From a virus: 64,000 nt of DNA. Positions 28,705-36,658 of the stretch are shown here, piece by piece; position 1 is the stretch's first letter; the number at the start of each line of letters is the position of its first letter. The notes beneath the pieces are model-generated. The model saw nothing but the letters and a program-made list of their open reading frames with translations, ran no database searches and was not told the origin of the DNA. Location of the stretch: positions 59,731 to 123,730 of IMG/VR virus record IMGVR_UViG_3300046820_001062. One strand, written 5' to 3'. Made by a program: the position numbers and the translations under genes.

Positions 28705-28709
28705 TTTTG

Positions 28710-28783
28710 TGATCCCACTAGGATTTGAACCTAGAACCTACAGCTTAGAAGGCTGTTGCTCTATCCAATTGAGCTATGAGACC
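28710..28783 (-). tRNA. tRNA-Arg(TCT)
   Basis: GGTCTCA/TGGGATC acceptor; ACAGC-CTTCTAA-GCTGT anticodon arm; GGTTCAAATCC. Confidence 0.95.
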
Positions 28784-28805
28784 TCATTGTAATTGATTTG
28801 TTGTT

Positions 28806-29086
28806 TGGTGGGACTACTGAATACCCACAAGTCCAACACACGCCCCTTTTCACCCATAGCCCAAGCAGATGATCAGTCAGCTTGTTAATGACTAGCTGGA
28901 TTGACTACCAGCACCTGCTGCGGAGATCAGATAGTATATGTCTTCACAGGACCTCAGAGCTTATTGGTTACGCAACCTTTAAGATGAGTGGTTTTAACTC
29001 ACGTGCTTGACAGCGTCCCCCTCAAAACTTTTCAGTATTGGAAAAACCACATTAACCCCTCTCAAGAGTTTTTTCTGTCACAAACA
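28806..29086 (-). ncRNA. Candidate large structured RNA upstream of the tRNA pair
   Basis: No long ORF, GC-enriched, multiple stems; GGGGTTA (29059-29053) pairs with TAGTCCC-ACCA (28816-28806). Confidence 0.55.
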
Positions 29087-29143
29087 CAAATCAAATGTCA
29101 AAGAACAATGCAAGTTAGTTTAAACTTGCAAGGTTTAGTTTTT

Positions 29144-29365
29144 TTACTCTGAAGTCTCAGCTCCACCTGGTCCGTCAGTTGCCTCCGCATTGTCAGGGCT
29201 TGTCATGTTAGCTATCATAATGGTAGCTTGAATACGCTTAGCTTCCTCTTGTACAGCCTTAGACTGTAGTTCAGCAAGCTCAGCACGTAGAGCAGCAAGT
29301 TCAATCTGGCTTTTATACCATGAAATCACTTCCTCTCTTGTTGGTTCTTTGGTTTCTTCTGCCAT
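29144..29365 (-). CDS. Hypothetical coiled-coil protein
   Basis: 73 aa; first gene after the leftward promoter. Confidence 0.6.
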   Translation of the reverse strand: MAEETKEPTREEVISWYKSQIELAALRAELAELQSKAVQEEAKRIQATIMIANMTSPDNAEATDGPGGAETSE

Positions 29366-29406
29366 GTTTTTAATTTTTAAAGTTTATTTTAATAGTAACC
29401 TCACTA

Positions 29407-29454
29407 CAAATATACTCCAAAAGTTTAACTTTTACAAATTTTTTATTATTTTTG
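29407..29454. promoter_or_regulatory. Divergent Bacteroidota-type sigmaA -7 elements
   Basis: TATATTTG on the minus strand (29414-29407) and TATTTTTG on the plus strand (29447-29454), both matching TAnnTTTG, between divergent genes. Confidence 0.6.
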
Positions 29455-29473
29455 TTGCATCCAAATTTAAATC

Positions 29474-29956
29474 ATGTATATAACAAGAGAAAAAGAGTGG
29501 GAAGCTATTGAGAAAGTTTGTAGTATTCTGGATAAGAATCCTACATTAACTCCAAAAGATGCTGTTGTTGCTATGGTTAGTCCTGATTATAGCGCAACTG
29601 CAGCTATGCATGTTGCTCATCATCTTAGTAAAGATGGTGAAATGCTAAATATCATACCTGTTGAGGTTCCTTTTCCAGATGAAGATTCTGAACCCTACAG
29701 AAGAACCTTTGTCAAAAGAACTACTTATGAGTTTTATCCTTACAAAACAGTCATTCTAGTTGAGGCAGGTATAATTACAGGAGGAAACTACAGATTTATG
29801 GTAGACCATCTTATAGATTTAGGATTTAACATTGTCACAGTTGCACTGTTTGAAAATAAAAACAGCCAGTTTAACTGTGACGTTGTTGGAGAATATTATG
29901 ACAGCAACGTTCAAGAATTAGAATTTTATTATGAGCGTTACAACAAACATTGGTGA
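29474..29956 (+). CDS. Phosphoribosyltransferase-like protein
   Basis: VSPDYS and TVILVEAGIITGGNY (variant PRPP-binding loop), followed by IVTVALF. Confidence 0.6.
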   Translation: MYITREKEWEAIEKVCSILDKNPTLTPKDAVVAMVSPDYSATAAMHVAHHLSKDGEMLNIIPVEVPFPDEDSEPYRRTFVKRTTYEFYPYKTVILVEAGIITGGNYRFMVDHLIDLGFNIVTVALFENKNSQFNCDVVGEYYDSNVQELEFYYERYNKHW

Positions 29957-29957
29957 T

Positions 29958-30371
29958 ATGGAAGGGATGCAATTGATTACAACCCACCCTATAAAAAAGT
30001 CAGACCTAGGATTTCATGGTAATCTTTTTGGGGGTAAACTCTTAGCTTGGATGGATGCAGCAGCAGCTGGTTACGCTATGGAAGTATGTGATACTCCACG
30101 CATGGTCACTGTTCTTATAGACAAATGTGTATTCAAAAAACCTGCAAAGGAGGGACAGCTTGTTAAAATTTATGGCAAAGTTATGCTTGTAGGAAATACT
30201 TCTGTAACATTGTACATGGAAGCAAGAGCACACAATGTGTATTCAGGGACACAATCTGTAATCTTACACACAAACATGAGGTTTGTAAGAATTGATGAAG
30301 CTGGTGATCCTCTTCCTATAGGAGATAGAACAAGAAATAAATATACTAATAATGGAGAAAGCAATCTTTAA
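29958..30371 (+). CDS. Acyl-CoA thioesterase (HotDog fold, YciA-like)
   Basis: DLGFHGNLFGGKLLAWMDAAA, VT..ID...FKKP, VGNTS, FVRIDEAG.P; likely start 29958, in frame with the track ORF. Confidence 0.88.
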   Translation: MEGMQLITTHPIKKSDLGFHGNLFGGKLLAWMDAAAAGYAMEVCDTPRMVTVLIDKCVFKKPAKEGQLVKIYGKVMLVGNTSVTLYMEARAHNVYSGTQSVILHTNMRFVRIDEAGDPLPIGDRTRNKYTNNGESNL

Positions 30372-30822
30372 ATTCAACGGTGGCCTAGGAGCATTATTAT
30401 GTTCCAAGTGTCGTGCAATCATTAAGACAGGGGCTACTATGTCTCAGTTTGAAAAAGACGCAATGATGGGTAAGCAAGAAATGTTACCCAAGTATTGTTT
30501 AACATGCCGAACAGGTGTCCAATATTCTCTTATGAGAGTGGAGGATGGTAAACTGTTTATGGCTAAGTCTATCAAATGGGTTAAGTGGAAAGAGAATGGT
30601 AGGTTTGATAAACTATATGCTAGGCCAAAAGTTGGTTATTCATGTATAGCAGATCCTGAGCTAGGTGAGGCATTTACATGGTTAACTACACAAGTGACAA
30701 GTATTGATAAGGTATCAGCTCATGAATTACGTTTCAAGACTAAGAACTCAACCTACATATTAAACAAAATAAAAGTTCAACCCTCAAAGACATTCATTCA
30801 TGACGATCCATTCCAAGATTAA
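30352..30822 (+). CDS. Hypothetical protein with N-terminal zinc ribbon
   Basis: FKFNGG.GALLCSKC...CLTC. Confidence 0.6.
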   Translation: MEKAIFKFNGGLGALLCSKCRAIIKTGATMSQFEKDAMMGKQEMLPKYCLTCRTGVQYSLMRVEDGKLFMAKSIKWVKWKENGRFDKLYARPKVGYSCIADPELGEAFTWLTTQVTSIDKVSAHELRFKTKNSTYILNKIKVQPSKTFIHDDPFQD

Positions 30823-31069
30823 ATTATTACTAACAGGTGTACTTCAAGTTTACTTTGTTGCTATAAACACATGCTTCTTAGCTAAAGAGATTTATTTGGG
30901 TGTGGCTTTTGCAGCATTTGCAATTTCCATGGTCTGGTCCTATAACATTAAAAAAATTGTGTTTGGAACTTTCTCAGATAGAGTATATTATTCAATTGGT
31001 GCAACCATTGGTAGTCTACTTGGGTTATACACAAGTTCCTTTTTTACAGATTTTTTTAGTAAATTGTAG
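30800..31069 (+). CDS. Small multi-pass membrane protein
   Basis: About three hydrophobic helices in 89 aa. Confidence 0.65.
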   Translation: MTIHSKIKLLLTGVLQVYFVAINTCFLAKEIYLGVAFAAFAISMVWSYNIKKIVFGTFSDRVYYSIGATIGSLLGLYTSSFFTDFFSKL

Positions 31070-31089
31070 TGTAACCATAACCCACTTAT

Positions 31090-31737
31090 ATGAGAGAGCC
31101 TAATAGACCACGTAAAAACGAAATCAAGTACCAAGTAGAGTTAAACGCAGAACAGAAGGAAGCAAAAAGGCTAATCATAGATAATCAAATTGTAATTGTA
31201 ACAGGAAGAGCAGGATCAGGGAAATCCCTTGTGTCTGCTGTAACAGCATTGGACTTCTTATTTAAGAAGCAGTGTGATAAGATCTATGTTACTCGTGCTA
31301 CAATTGAAGTTGGTAATTCTTTAGGATTCCTACCAGGTTCTCTAGATGAGAAGTTTAATCCTTACTTAGAAGCATTCATGGAGAATCTAACCAAATGCTA
31401 CGATAGCGTAAAGGTTGGAGACATGATCAAGGATCAGAAGATAGTTGCTTATCCTGTACAGTTTATTAGAGGAAAGACTATTGATGATGTTCTTGTAGTA
31501 GAAGAAGCTCAAAACTTATCTAAAGCACAGATGTTAGCTATTCTGACAAGGCTTGGTAAGTTTGGTAAGATTATCATCAACGGTGATAATGAGCAGAAAG
31601 ATATCAAGGACGAATACAATGGCTTAAGTTATGCCATAGAACTCAGCAAGAAGATTGATGAGATCAAATGGATCAAGCTTAAGGAAAATCACAGAAGTGA
31701 TGTAGTAGGAAAGATATTGGATTACGAATATAAATAA
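31090..31737 (+). CDS. phoH: PhoH-family ATPase
   Basis: GRAGSGKS, LGFLPG...EK, FIRGKT, VEEAQN, RLG...K.IINGD..Q, HRS. Confidence 0.93.
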   Translation: MREPNRPRKNEIKYQVELNAEQKEAKRLIIDNQIVIVTGRAGSGKSLVSAVTALDFLFKKQCDKIYVTRATIEVGNSLGFLPGSLDEKFNPYLEAFMENLTKCYDSVKVGDMIKDQKIVAYPVQFIRGKTIDDVLVVEEAQNLSKAQMLAILTRLGKFGKIIINGDNEQKDIKDEYNGLSYAIELSKKIDEIKWIKLKENHRSDVVGKILDYEYK

Positions 31738-31742
31738 TAATT

Positions 31743-31946
31743 ATGGTTATAAACAATCAATTTGAACTTGGGTCTATTGTCTATTTGAAGACAGACCTTT
31801 TGCAATTGCCACGCATCATTACTGGAATCCAGGTATGTGCAGATGGTGGCATGCTCTACAAATGTGCTCAAGGTCAAGAAGTTGATTGGCATTATGAAGT
31901 AGAACTCTCAGAGAATGTAGATATAGTTCTCAAAACTTCCAATTAA
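31743..31946 (+). CDS. Hypothetical small beta (SH3-like) protein
   Basis: FELGSIVYLKTD..Q.PRIIT. Confidence 0.6.
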   Translation: MVINNQFELGSIVYLKTDLLQLPRIITGIQVCADGGMLYKCAQGQEVDWHYEVELSENVDIVLKTSN

Positions 31947-31980
31947 AAAGAAACCCAGGTTATTAGCCTGGGTTTTTTAT
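31945..31980. terminator. Bidirectional intrinsic terminator
   Basis: A-run, AACCCAGG/CCTGGGTT stem, T-run, between convergent genes. Confidence 0.85.
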
Positions 31981-31998
31981 TTGGGGTTAATCTTTCTT

Positions 31999-32400
31999 TT
32001 AGTCAAGTATCAAATTGACACCAGCGTTTTGAATTGTTCCAACAAAACTTTTTACAATAAAAAGCTCATCTCCTACAAATTTAAACTGAACTATTGAACC
32101 AAGAGTTTCATTCAAGCTCTTTAAGAAACTTGCTTTTGTGAAACGCTTGCCTGTGTAGAACCACCCCAAAGCAACAGGAAGGTAGGTATCTAACTCTAAA
32201 TTTCTTGCAGTAAACAATACTTGATAAGTATCAGTATCTGCAAAGGTCTCTGTATTGTTTAAGAAAACATACTCAACAGGAACCTTACAATCTACCCCAG
32301 GGATAATAGGAGTACTCTTACCACTTCTAGGTTTTGAACCTTGTATAGGACTTCCTAATACAGGTTTGCCATTTTTTGTAAATGCATAATAATTTGCCAT
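31999..32400 (-). CDS. Hypothetical protein
   Basis: 133-aa ORF with an upstream late-type motif. Confidence 0.6.
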   Translation of the reverse strand: MANYYAFTKNGKPVLGSPIQGSKPRSGKSTPIIPGVDCKVPVEYVFLNNTETFADTDTYQVLFTARNLELDTYLPVALGWFYTGKRFTKASFLKSLNETLGSIVQFKFVGDELFIVKSFVGTIQNAGVNLILD

Positions 32401-32460
32401 AGTATATATTTTTTAATATTGAACAATCTTACATATACAATATAGGAAATTCTGCTGACT

Positions 32461-32516
32461 TTATCGCTCACATGTGTAACAAATGTAGATCAAATTTGTG
32501 ACAATCTGAGCGATAA
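32461..32516. repeat. Long imperfect inverted repeat at the strand switch
   Basis: TTATCGCTCA/TGAGCGATAA outer arms; inner TGTAACAAAT/ATTTGTGACA. Confidence 0.75.
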
Positions 32517-32557
32517 ACAGTTTGCCCTTGAGCTATAAATGTGTCTACTGGAACTTG

Positions 32558-32634
32558 CCCCCATGTGTGTAGTAGAGAGGGTGTACCCCCTACAGCAACA
32601 TCCCCCCGCCACTCACGCCAACACCTATACCCCC
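32558..32634 (-). other. Four G-tracts (potential G-quadruplex; i-motif on plus strand)
   Basis: C5, C5, C6, C5 on the plus strand, separated by 23, 11 and 22 nt. Confidence 0.5.
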
Positions 32635-32663
32635 ATGTGATTCAGCACAATAAAATTTAGCTT

Positions 32664-32765
32664 ATGTATCATTGGTATTTAATTTCTGGACATCAAATCC
32701 TTGCTAAGTCTCTCAGAGAAGCTTACAAGTACTTCATGGAGTACTGCAAGGAAGACAGACACTGA
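32664..32765 (+). CDS. Small early protein (33 aa)
   Basis: MYHWYLISGHQILAKSLREAYKYFMEYCKEDRH; first plus-strand ORF after the switch. Confidence 0.4.
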   Translation: MYHWYLISGHQILAKSLREAYKYFMEYCKEDRH

Positions 32766-32901
32766 GAAGTGTCACCAGAGCAGGACCACACAGAGATATT
32801 CTAACAAAGAGTGTCTCTGTGTTTTATTATATAAGCCTCTGATACAACAGCTAAACCCCTTACTCAATCAGTATTTATTAATCACTCTAAATAACAATCA
32901 A

Positions 32902-33129
32902 ATGAAGAATCTAAAAAGAATGGTACTACCTGTACAAATCATTGCTTGGCTATGCTTACCAATGATTATGGTCACAATCATCACAGCTGTGTTTGCTGGA
33001 TGTATCTCTATGTTAACATCACTGACTTTCCATGATGTTACTCACTCTACACCTATGTGGGTGTTCAATGTCATTGTAGGCATTGGCTCTGCTATTAGTG
33101 TAGGCTCTTGGTTGTGGGATGAGAAATAA
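32902..33129 (+). CDS. Two-helix membrane protein (start MKNLKR)
   Basis: A-rich leader then ATG at 32902; two hydrophobic helices. Confidence 0.6.
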   Translation: MKNLKRMVLPVQIIAWLCLPMIMVTIITAVFAGCISMLTSLTFHDVTHSTPMWVFNVIVGIGSAISVGSWLWDEK

Positions 33130-33193
33130 TCTCCCACAACCTTCAACAACTGTAATCCCTTTATTAATCAATAACAATTTAAATTAAACAATC

Positions 33194-33685
33194 ATGAACA
33201 AAGTTCAAATCAAACCAACTGAAACTGGTGCATTAGTTAGCACCTACAAGAACAATCCTGCTTACGGTTACATCACACTTCAATCAGAAGAGATGAGTGT
33301 TGACGGTGGCTGGGTTAGAAACTCTGTACGCACTGCATTACTACGTGCTGAAACAAGCTTGCTTGAAAAGTTTGTTAGCACCTTTGGTAAGTCTGGTAAC
33401 ATTCCTGGACGCATTGTTGTAAAAGAATTCACAGAGTCTCAATTACCTGAGAACTATATGTCACGCCTTAACAAGAACTTAGACTATGAAGAGTCTATTG
33501 CTCCTTACATTAAGCGTGCTGGTAAAGACGGTATTGAATTGACTCTTGGTGGTGAGCGTATCTTGCGCTTTACTGACTATGATGCATCTGGTGCTGACCA
33601 AGATGTACGTGTAGCTCACGACAACACCACTGCTATATCTGCTTCACGCAATGTGAACGCTAATACAGCTGCGTTACCTGCTTAA
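33194..33685 (+). CDS. Conserved hypothetical protein, paralogue 1
   Basis: Shares long motifs with 33889..34380. Confidence 0.8.
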   Translation: MNKVQIKPTETGALVSTYKNNPAYGYITLQSEEMSVDGGWVRNSVRTALLRAETSLLEKFVSTFGKSGNIPGRIVVKEFTESQLPENYMSRLNKNLDYEESIAPYIKRAGKDGIELTLGGERILRFTDYDASGADQDVRVAHDNTTAISASRNVNANTAALPA

Positions 33686-33694
33686 ACTTAGAAG

Positions 33695-33734
33695 AACTGC
33701 TGGCTGGGGATAAACTCCTCAGCCTCAGTTTTTT
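33695..33734 (+). terminator. Intrinsic terminator
   Basis: GGCTGGGGA/TCCTCAGCC stem followed by a T-run. Confidence 0.7.
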
Positions 33735-33888
33735 CCAAATAAACAAGTTGGGGTGGTTGCTGTGAGGTAAGACAAAAACAACAGAACAGTTTTTTTCTCA
33801 ACCCTTACTCAACACCTAAATTGCCCCTGACTAAAACAACACCTAAACCCCCAAATCATTTTAGTATTAACAATTAAAAATTAGATTT

Positions 33889-34380
33889 ATGTCTCAAGTA
33901 CAAATCGTCCCAAACTCAAAGACAGGCAGTGTAATCACAGCCTACAAAAACAACGCTGAATATGGTTATGTTCAGCTTCAACAAACTGCAATCACCGTTG
34001 ATGGTGGTTGGGTAAGAGAGAGCAAACGCTCTACTCTTTTGCGCGCAAAGATGGACTTGTTAACCAAGTTTGTTGCCGCTCACAAAAGTCTTCAATTGCC
34101 AGGTGCAATTGTAGTAAAAGAATATCTTGAGTCTGAAGTGCCTCAAGATATGGCTGACAAATTCTTCAACAAAGAGTTAGCTTATGAAGATGCAATTGCT
34201 CCTTACGTAAAACGCGCAGGTGCAGATGGCATTGAGTTAACTGTTGGTGGTGAAAGAATTTTACGCTTCACAAGTTATGATGCTAGTGGTTCTGACACAG
34301 ACGTTAAGGTAGCACATGACAACGTAGTTGCTGTGGTAGAGAGTAAAGTACAATCTACAAGCAACGCAATGTTAGGTTAA
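33889..34380 (+). CDS. Conserved hypothetical protein, paralogue 2
   Basis: VDGGWVR, KRAG.DGIELT.GGERILRFT.YDASG, VAHDN shared with paralogue 1. Confidence 0.8.
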   Translation: MSQVQIVPNSKTGSVITAYKNNAEYGYVQLQQTAITVDGGWVRESKRSTLLRAKMDLLTKFVAAHKSLQLPGAIVVKEYLESEVPQDMADKFFNKELAYEDAIAPYVKRAGADGIELTVGGERILRFTSYDASGSDTDVKVAHDNVVAVVESKVQSTSNAMLG

Positions 34381-34631
34381 TTGATTTAAATTGTGGTAAG
34401 TATGGGGAATTATTCCCTGTACTTGCTGCAGTTTTTTCTATTTAACCACAAGAAAACTTAGGTGTTGATTGACAAACTTACAAAGACAAACAAAACTTCT
34501 TTGTTAACTCATTGATTAATAATAATTTGTGTGCGTGAGAGTGGGTGACAGACCTACTCTCCCACATATTTTAGTCAAAAAAAATCCTCTCAAAAACAAG
34601 TTCTAGTGTATAATAAATAGCTATAATAGTC

Positions 34632-34736
34632 ATGAAGACAGAAAAATATCAACTTGCTGTACTACTATGTTTCATACTTACCATAATTGGTATTGTTGTT
34701 TACAATGTATGTACTTATGGTGTTTCTTCTATATAG
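34632..34736 (+). CDS. Single-pass membrane peptide (34 aa)
   Basis: MKTEKYQLAVLLCFILTIIGIVVYNVCTYGVSSI. Confidence 0.45.
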   Translation: MKTEKYQLAVLLCFILTIIGIVVYNVCTYGVSSI

Positions 34737-34815
34737 TAAGTGAGACATTTAGTGTTATCTCTCTCTATAGTATAAGAGCATCCGCTTTCTTCTAAAACCC
34801 TCAAAATCAGCCAAA

Positions 34816-35130
34816 ATGAAAAGTTTAGTTGCCTTACTCATTTTTGCATTGACAATCAGTTCTTGCAAGAATACAAAGTATGTAGATTGTGATGCTTACA
34901 AGACACACTACAAACCTGTTAAAGCAGAAAAGCATAAACACGCTAAGTGTGATGCTTACTCCTCTATTATTATTGTTCCTTCTGATACTACTGATGGAAG
35001 ACCTACCTTTACTGTTTACTTCAGTGATGGTAAAGCTCTTGACTATATGTATCCAGAAGAGATCGCCCAAAGCCTCAATACAGGTAAATGGGATTATGAT
35101 GAAACTTTAATGTTAACTCACCAAAACTAA
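34816..35130 (+). CDS. Predicted lipoprotein
   Basis: MKSLVALLIFALTISS-C signal II/lipobox; CDAY occurs twice. Confidence 0.65.
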   Translation: MKSLVALLIFALTISSCKNTKYVDCDAYKTHYKPVKAEKHKHAKCDAYSSIIIVPSDTTDGRPTFTVYFSDGKALDYMYPEEIAQSLNTGKWDYDETLMLTHQN

Positions 35131-35136
35131 CACAAC

Positions 35137-35310
35137 ATGGAAGCAATGCGTTCTTTCCCAATTCAGGTAGTTATGCCTGATGGTCAAGTATACAGACAAT
35201 CTGTTTATGCTTGTACCAAATGGCACGCTATTGAGCTTCTATACTCTAAGATGTGTCAGTATCAAAACAACCGTTCTATGTATAAACTTGTACGTAGAAA
35301 GAAAAAGTAA
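35137..35310 (+). CDS. Hypothetical protein (57 aa)
   Basis: MEAMRSFPIQVVMPDGQ...RRKKK; below the track cutoff. Confidence 0.5.
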   Translation: MEAMRSFPIQVVMPDGQVYRQSVYACTKWHAIELLYSKMCQYQNNRSMYKLVRRKKK

Positions 35311-35317
35311 AATTAGA

Positions 35318-35403
35318 ACCTCAGTGGTGAAAGTGGTAGACACGAGGGACTTAAAATCCCTTGGCCAGTGATGGCCGTGCAGGTTCAATTCCTGTCTGAG
35401 GTA
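35318..35403 (+). tRNA. tRNA-Leu(TAA)
   Basis: ACCTCAG/CTGAGGT acceptor; AGGGA-CTTAAAA-TCCCT; long variable arm; GGTTCAATTCC. Confidence 0.93.
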
Positions 35404-35409
35404 CAATAT

Positions 35410-35635
35410 TTTGTGCTGAAGGTGTAGTCCTGTTGGTAAGCTAAAAGCATTTTATTAGAGTGGAGTGCTTGCTTTTAAATTCACACACATTTGCTCTGGT
35501 TAGTGGCAAGGAGTGAAGCCAATAAGGGTTACAAAAAGACTTTGTTTCAGGTAATGAAAAGCTCCCTTGGGAACAAAGCAAACCAAATCAGGTTCTGACA
35601 TGATAGATAAACCGTTATCTTGAAAGCTCCTGTAA
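35410..35635 (+). ncRNA. Candidate structured RNA downstream of tRNA-Leu
   Basis: Stems TAAAAGCA/TGCTTTTA, CTTTGTTTC/GGAACAAAG and AGATAA/TTATCT; no ORF. Confidence 0.4.
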
Positions 35636-35672
35636 TTATATCTTTTTATTGTTTCACATAATTTCTCAGAAA

Positions 35673-36224
35673 ATGATTTACAAATTTAACAAAACAACAC
35701 TGAAATTTGAGGGCGTCTTCCTCAAAACAAGTCTCTTTGTTATTGTTGCAATTGTATTTGCATCATTAACTTCTTACATCATAGGACACTACAAAGGCTA
35801 TTATGATTATAAACATGCCATTGTTAGTCCTGAAGAACGTATGATTGTCATTCAAGAGAACGACAAGTTCACAAAAGAAAAGTTTAAAGAGTATCTTTTG
35901 CAACTGAATATTAAGTTTCCTCACATAGTGTATGCTCAAGCTGTACTTGAAACAGGTAACTTTCAGTCAAAGATTTTTTCTGCAAACCACAATCTCTTTG
36001 GTATGAAAGAAGCACGTGTACGTGCAACCACAAACCTTGGAAGTGAACTAGGTCATGCAATTTATGGTCACTGGCGTGAAAGCGTTGTTGATTACGCATT
36101 ATTTCAATGTGCCTTCTTGACAAGTGTTAAAACTGAAGAAGGTTATTATCAATACTTAAAAGAAAACTATGCAGAAGCTCCAAATTATGTCGCAAAAGTT
36201 AGAGAACTCTCTAAAAACTTTTAA
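35673..36224 (+). CDS. Glucosaminidase-family (GH73-like) peptidoglycan hydrolase with N-terminal membrane anchor
   Basis: AQAVLETG, NHNLFGMK, W.ESV.DY, YAEAPNY; hydrophobic helix near the N-terminus. Confidence 0.8.
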   Translation: MIYKFNKTTLKFEGVFLKTSLFVIVAIVFASLTSYIIGHYKGYYDYKHAIVSPEERMIVIQENDKFTKEKFKEYLLQLNIKFPHIVYAQAVLETGNFQSKIFSANHNLFGMKEARVRATTNLGSELGHAIYGHWRESVVDYALFQCAFLTSVKTEEGYYQYLKENYAEAPNYVAKVRELSKNF

Positions 36225-36504
36225 AGAGAGTGTCTCAGAGTTTATCAAATCAATCAAAGAAGTTGATAATCCACCTCAAACAAGGTATGAAATCCTTGTT
36301 TTGAACAGACAAACACGCAATTGTAAACGGGAAAGTTTCTTTGAAATGAAAGAAGCTATGTCCTCAGTACATCCTCAGTACTTGTTTGACACAGAAAATG
36401 AATATTTTTTGGTCAACACCTGTACCCCAGAACATAAATGTATTAAACTAAACAAAATAAATACACATGGGAAGAATGAAGGAAGTATTCATGCTCAAGC
36501 GTGA
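36187..36504 (+). CDS. Hypothetical protein
   Basis: ORF overlapping the neighbouring genes; start uncertain. Confidence 0.4.
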   Translation: MSQKLENSLKTFKESVSEFIKSIKEVDNPPQTRYEILVLNRQTRNCKRESFFEMKEAMSSVHPQYLFDTENEYFLVNTCTPEHKCIKLNKINTHGKNEGSIHAQA

Positions 36505-36658
36505 GCAAGAAGCAATTGAAGATCAGCATCTTGATGATGCTTATTGGTATCAAAAATACCTTGAGGAACAACAAATGAATCAACAACCCGTTGTACAAGA
36601 ATCTGTACAAAATTCTGTACAAGAACCTGTACAACACAAACCAAAAGAACAATGTTAG
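36467..36658 (+). CDS. Hypothetical Gln-rich protein
   Basis: MGRMKEVFM; VQES/VQNS/VQEP repeat. Confidence 0.6.
   Translation: MGRMKEVFMLKREQEAIEDQHLDDAYWYQKYLEEQQMNQQPVVQESVQNSVQEPVQHKPKEQC
36592..36634 (+). repeat. 12-bp coding tandem repeat (~3.5 copies)
   Basis: TGTACAAGAATC TGTACAAAATTC TGTACAAGAACC TGTACAA. Confidence 0.85.

Noticed and set aside
28806-29059. Calling the candidate RNA a bona fide tmRNA
   Set aside because: It lacks G3-U70, a canonical T arm and a recognisable tag frame, so it is kept only as a tmRNA-like candidate.
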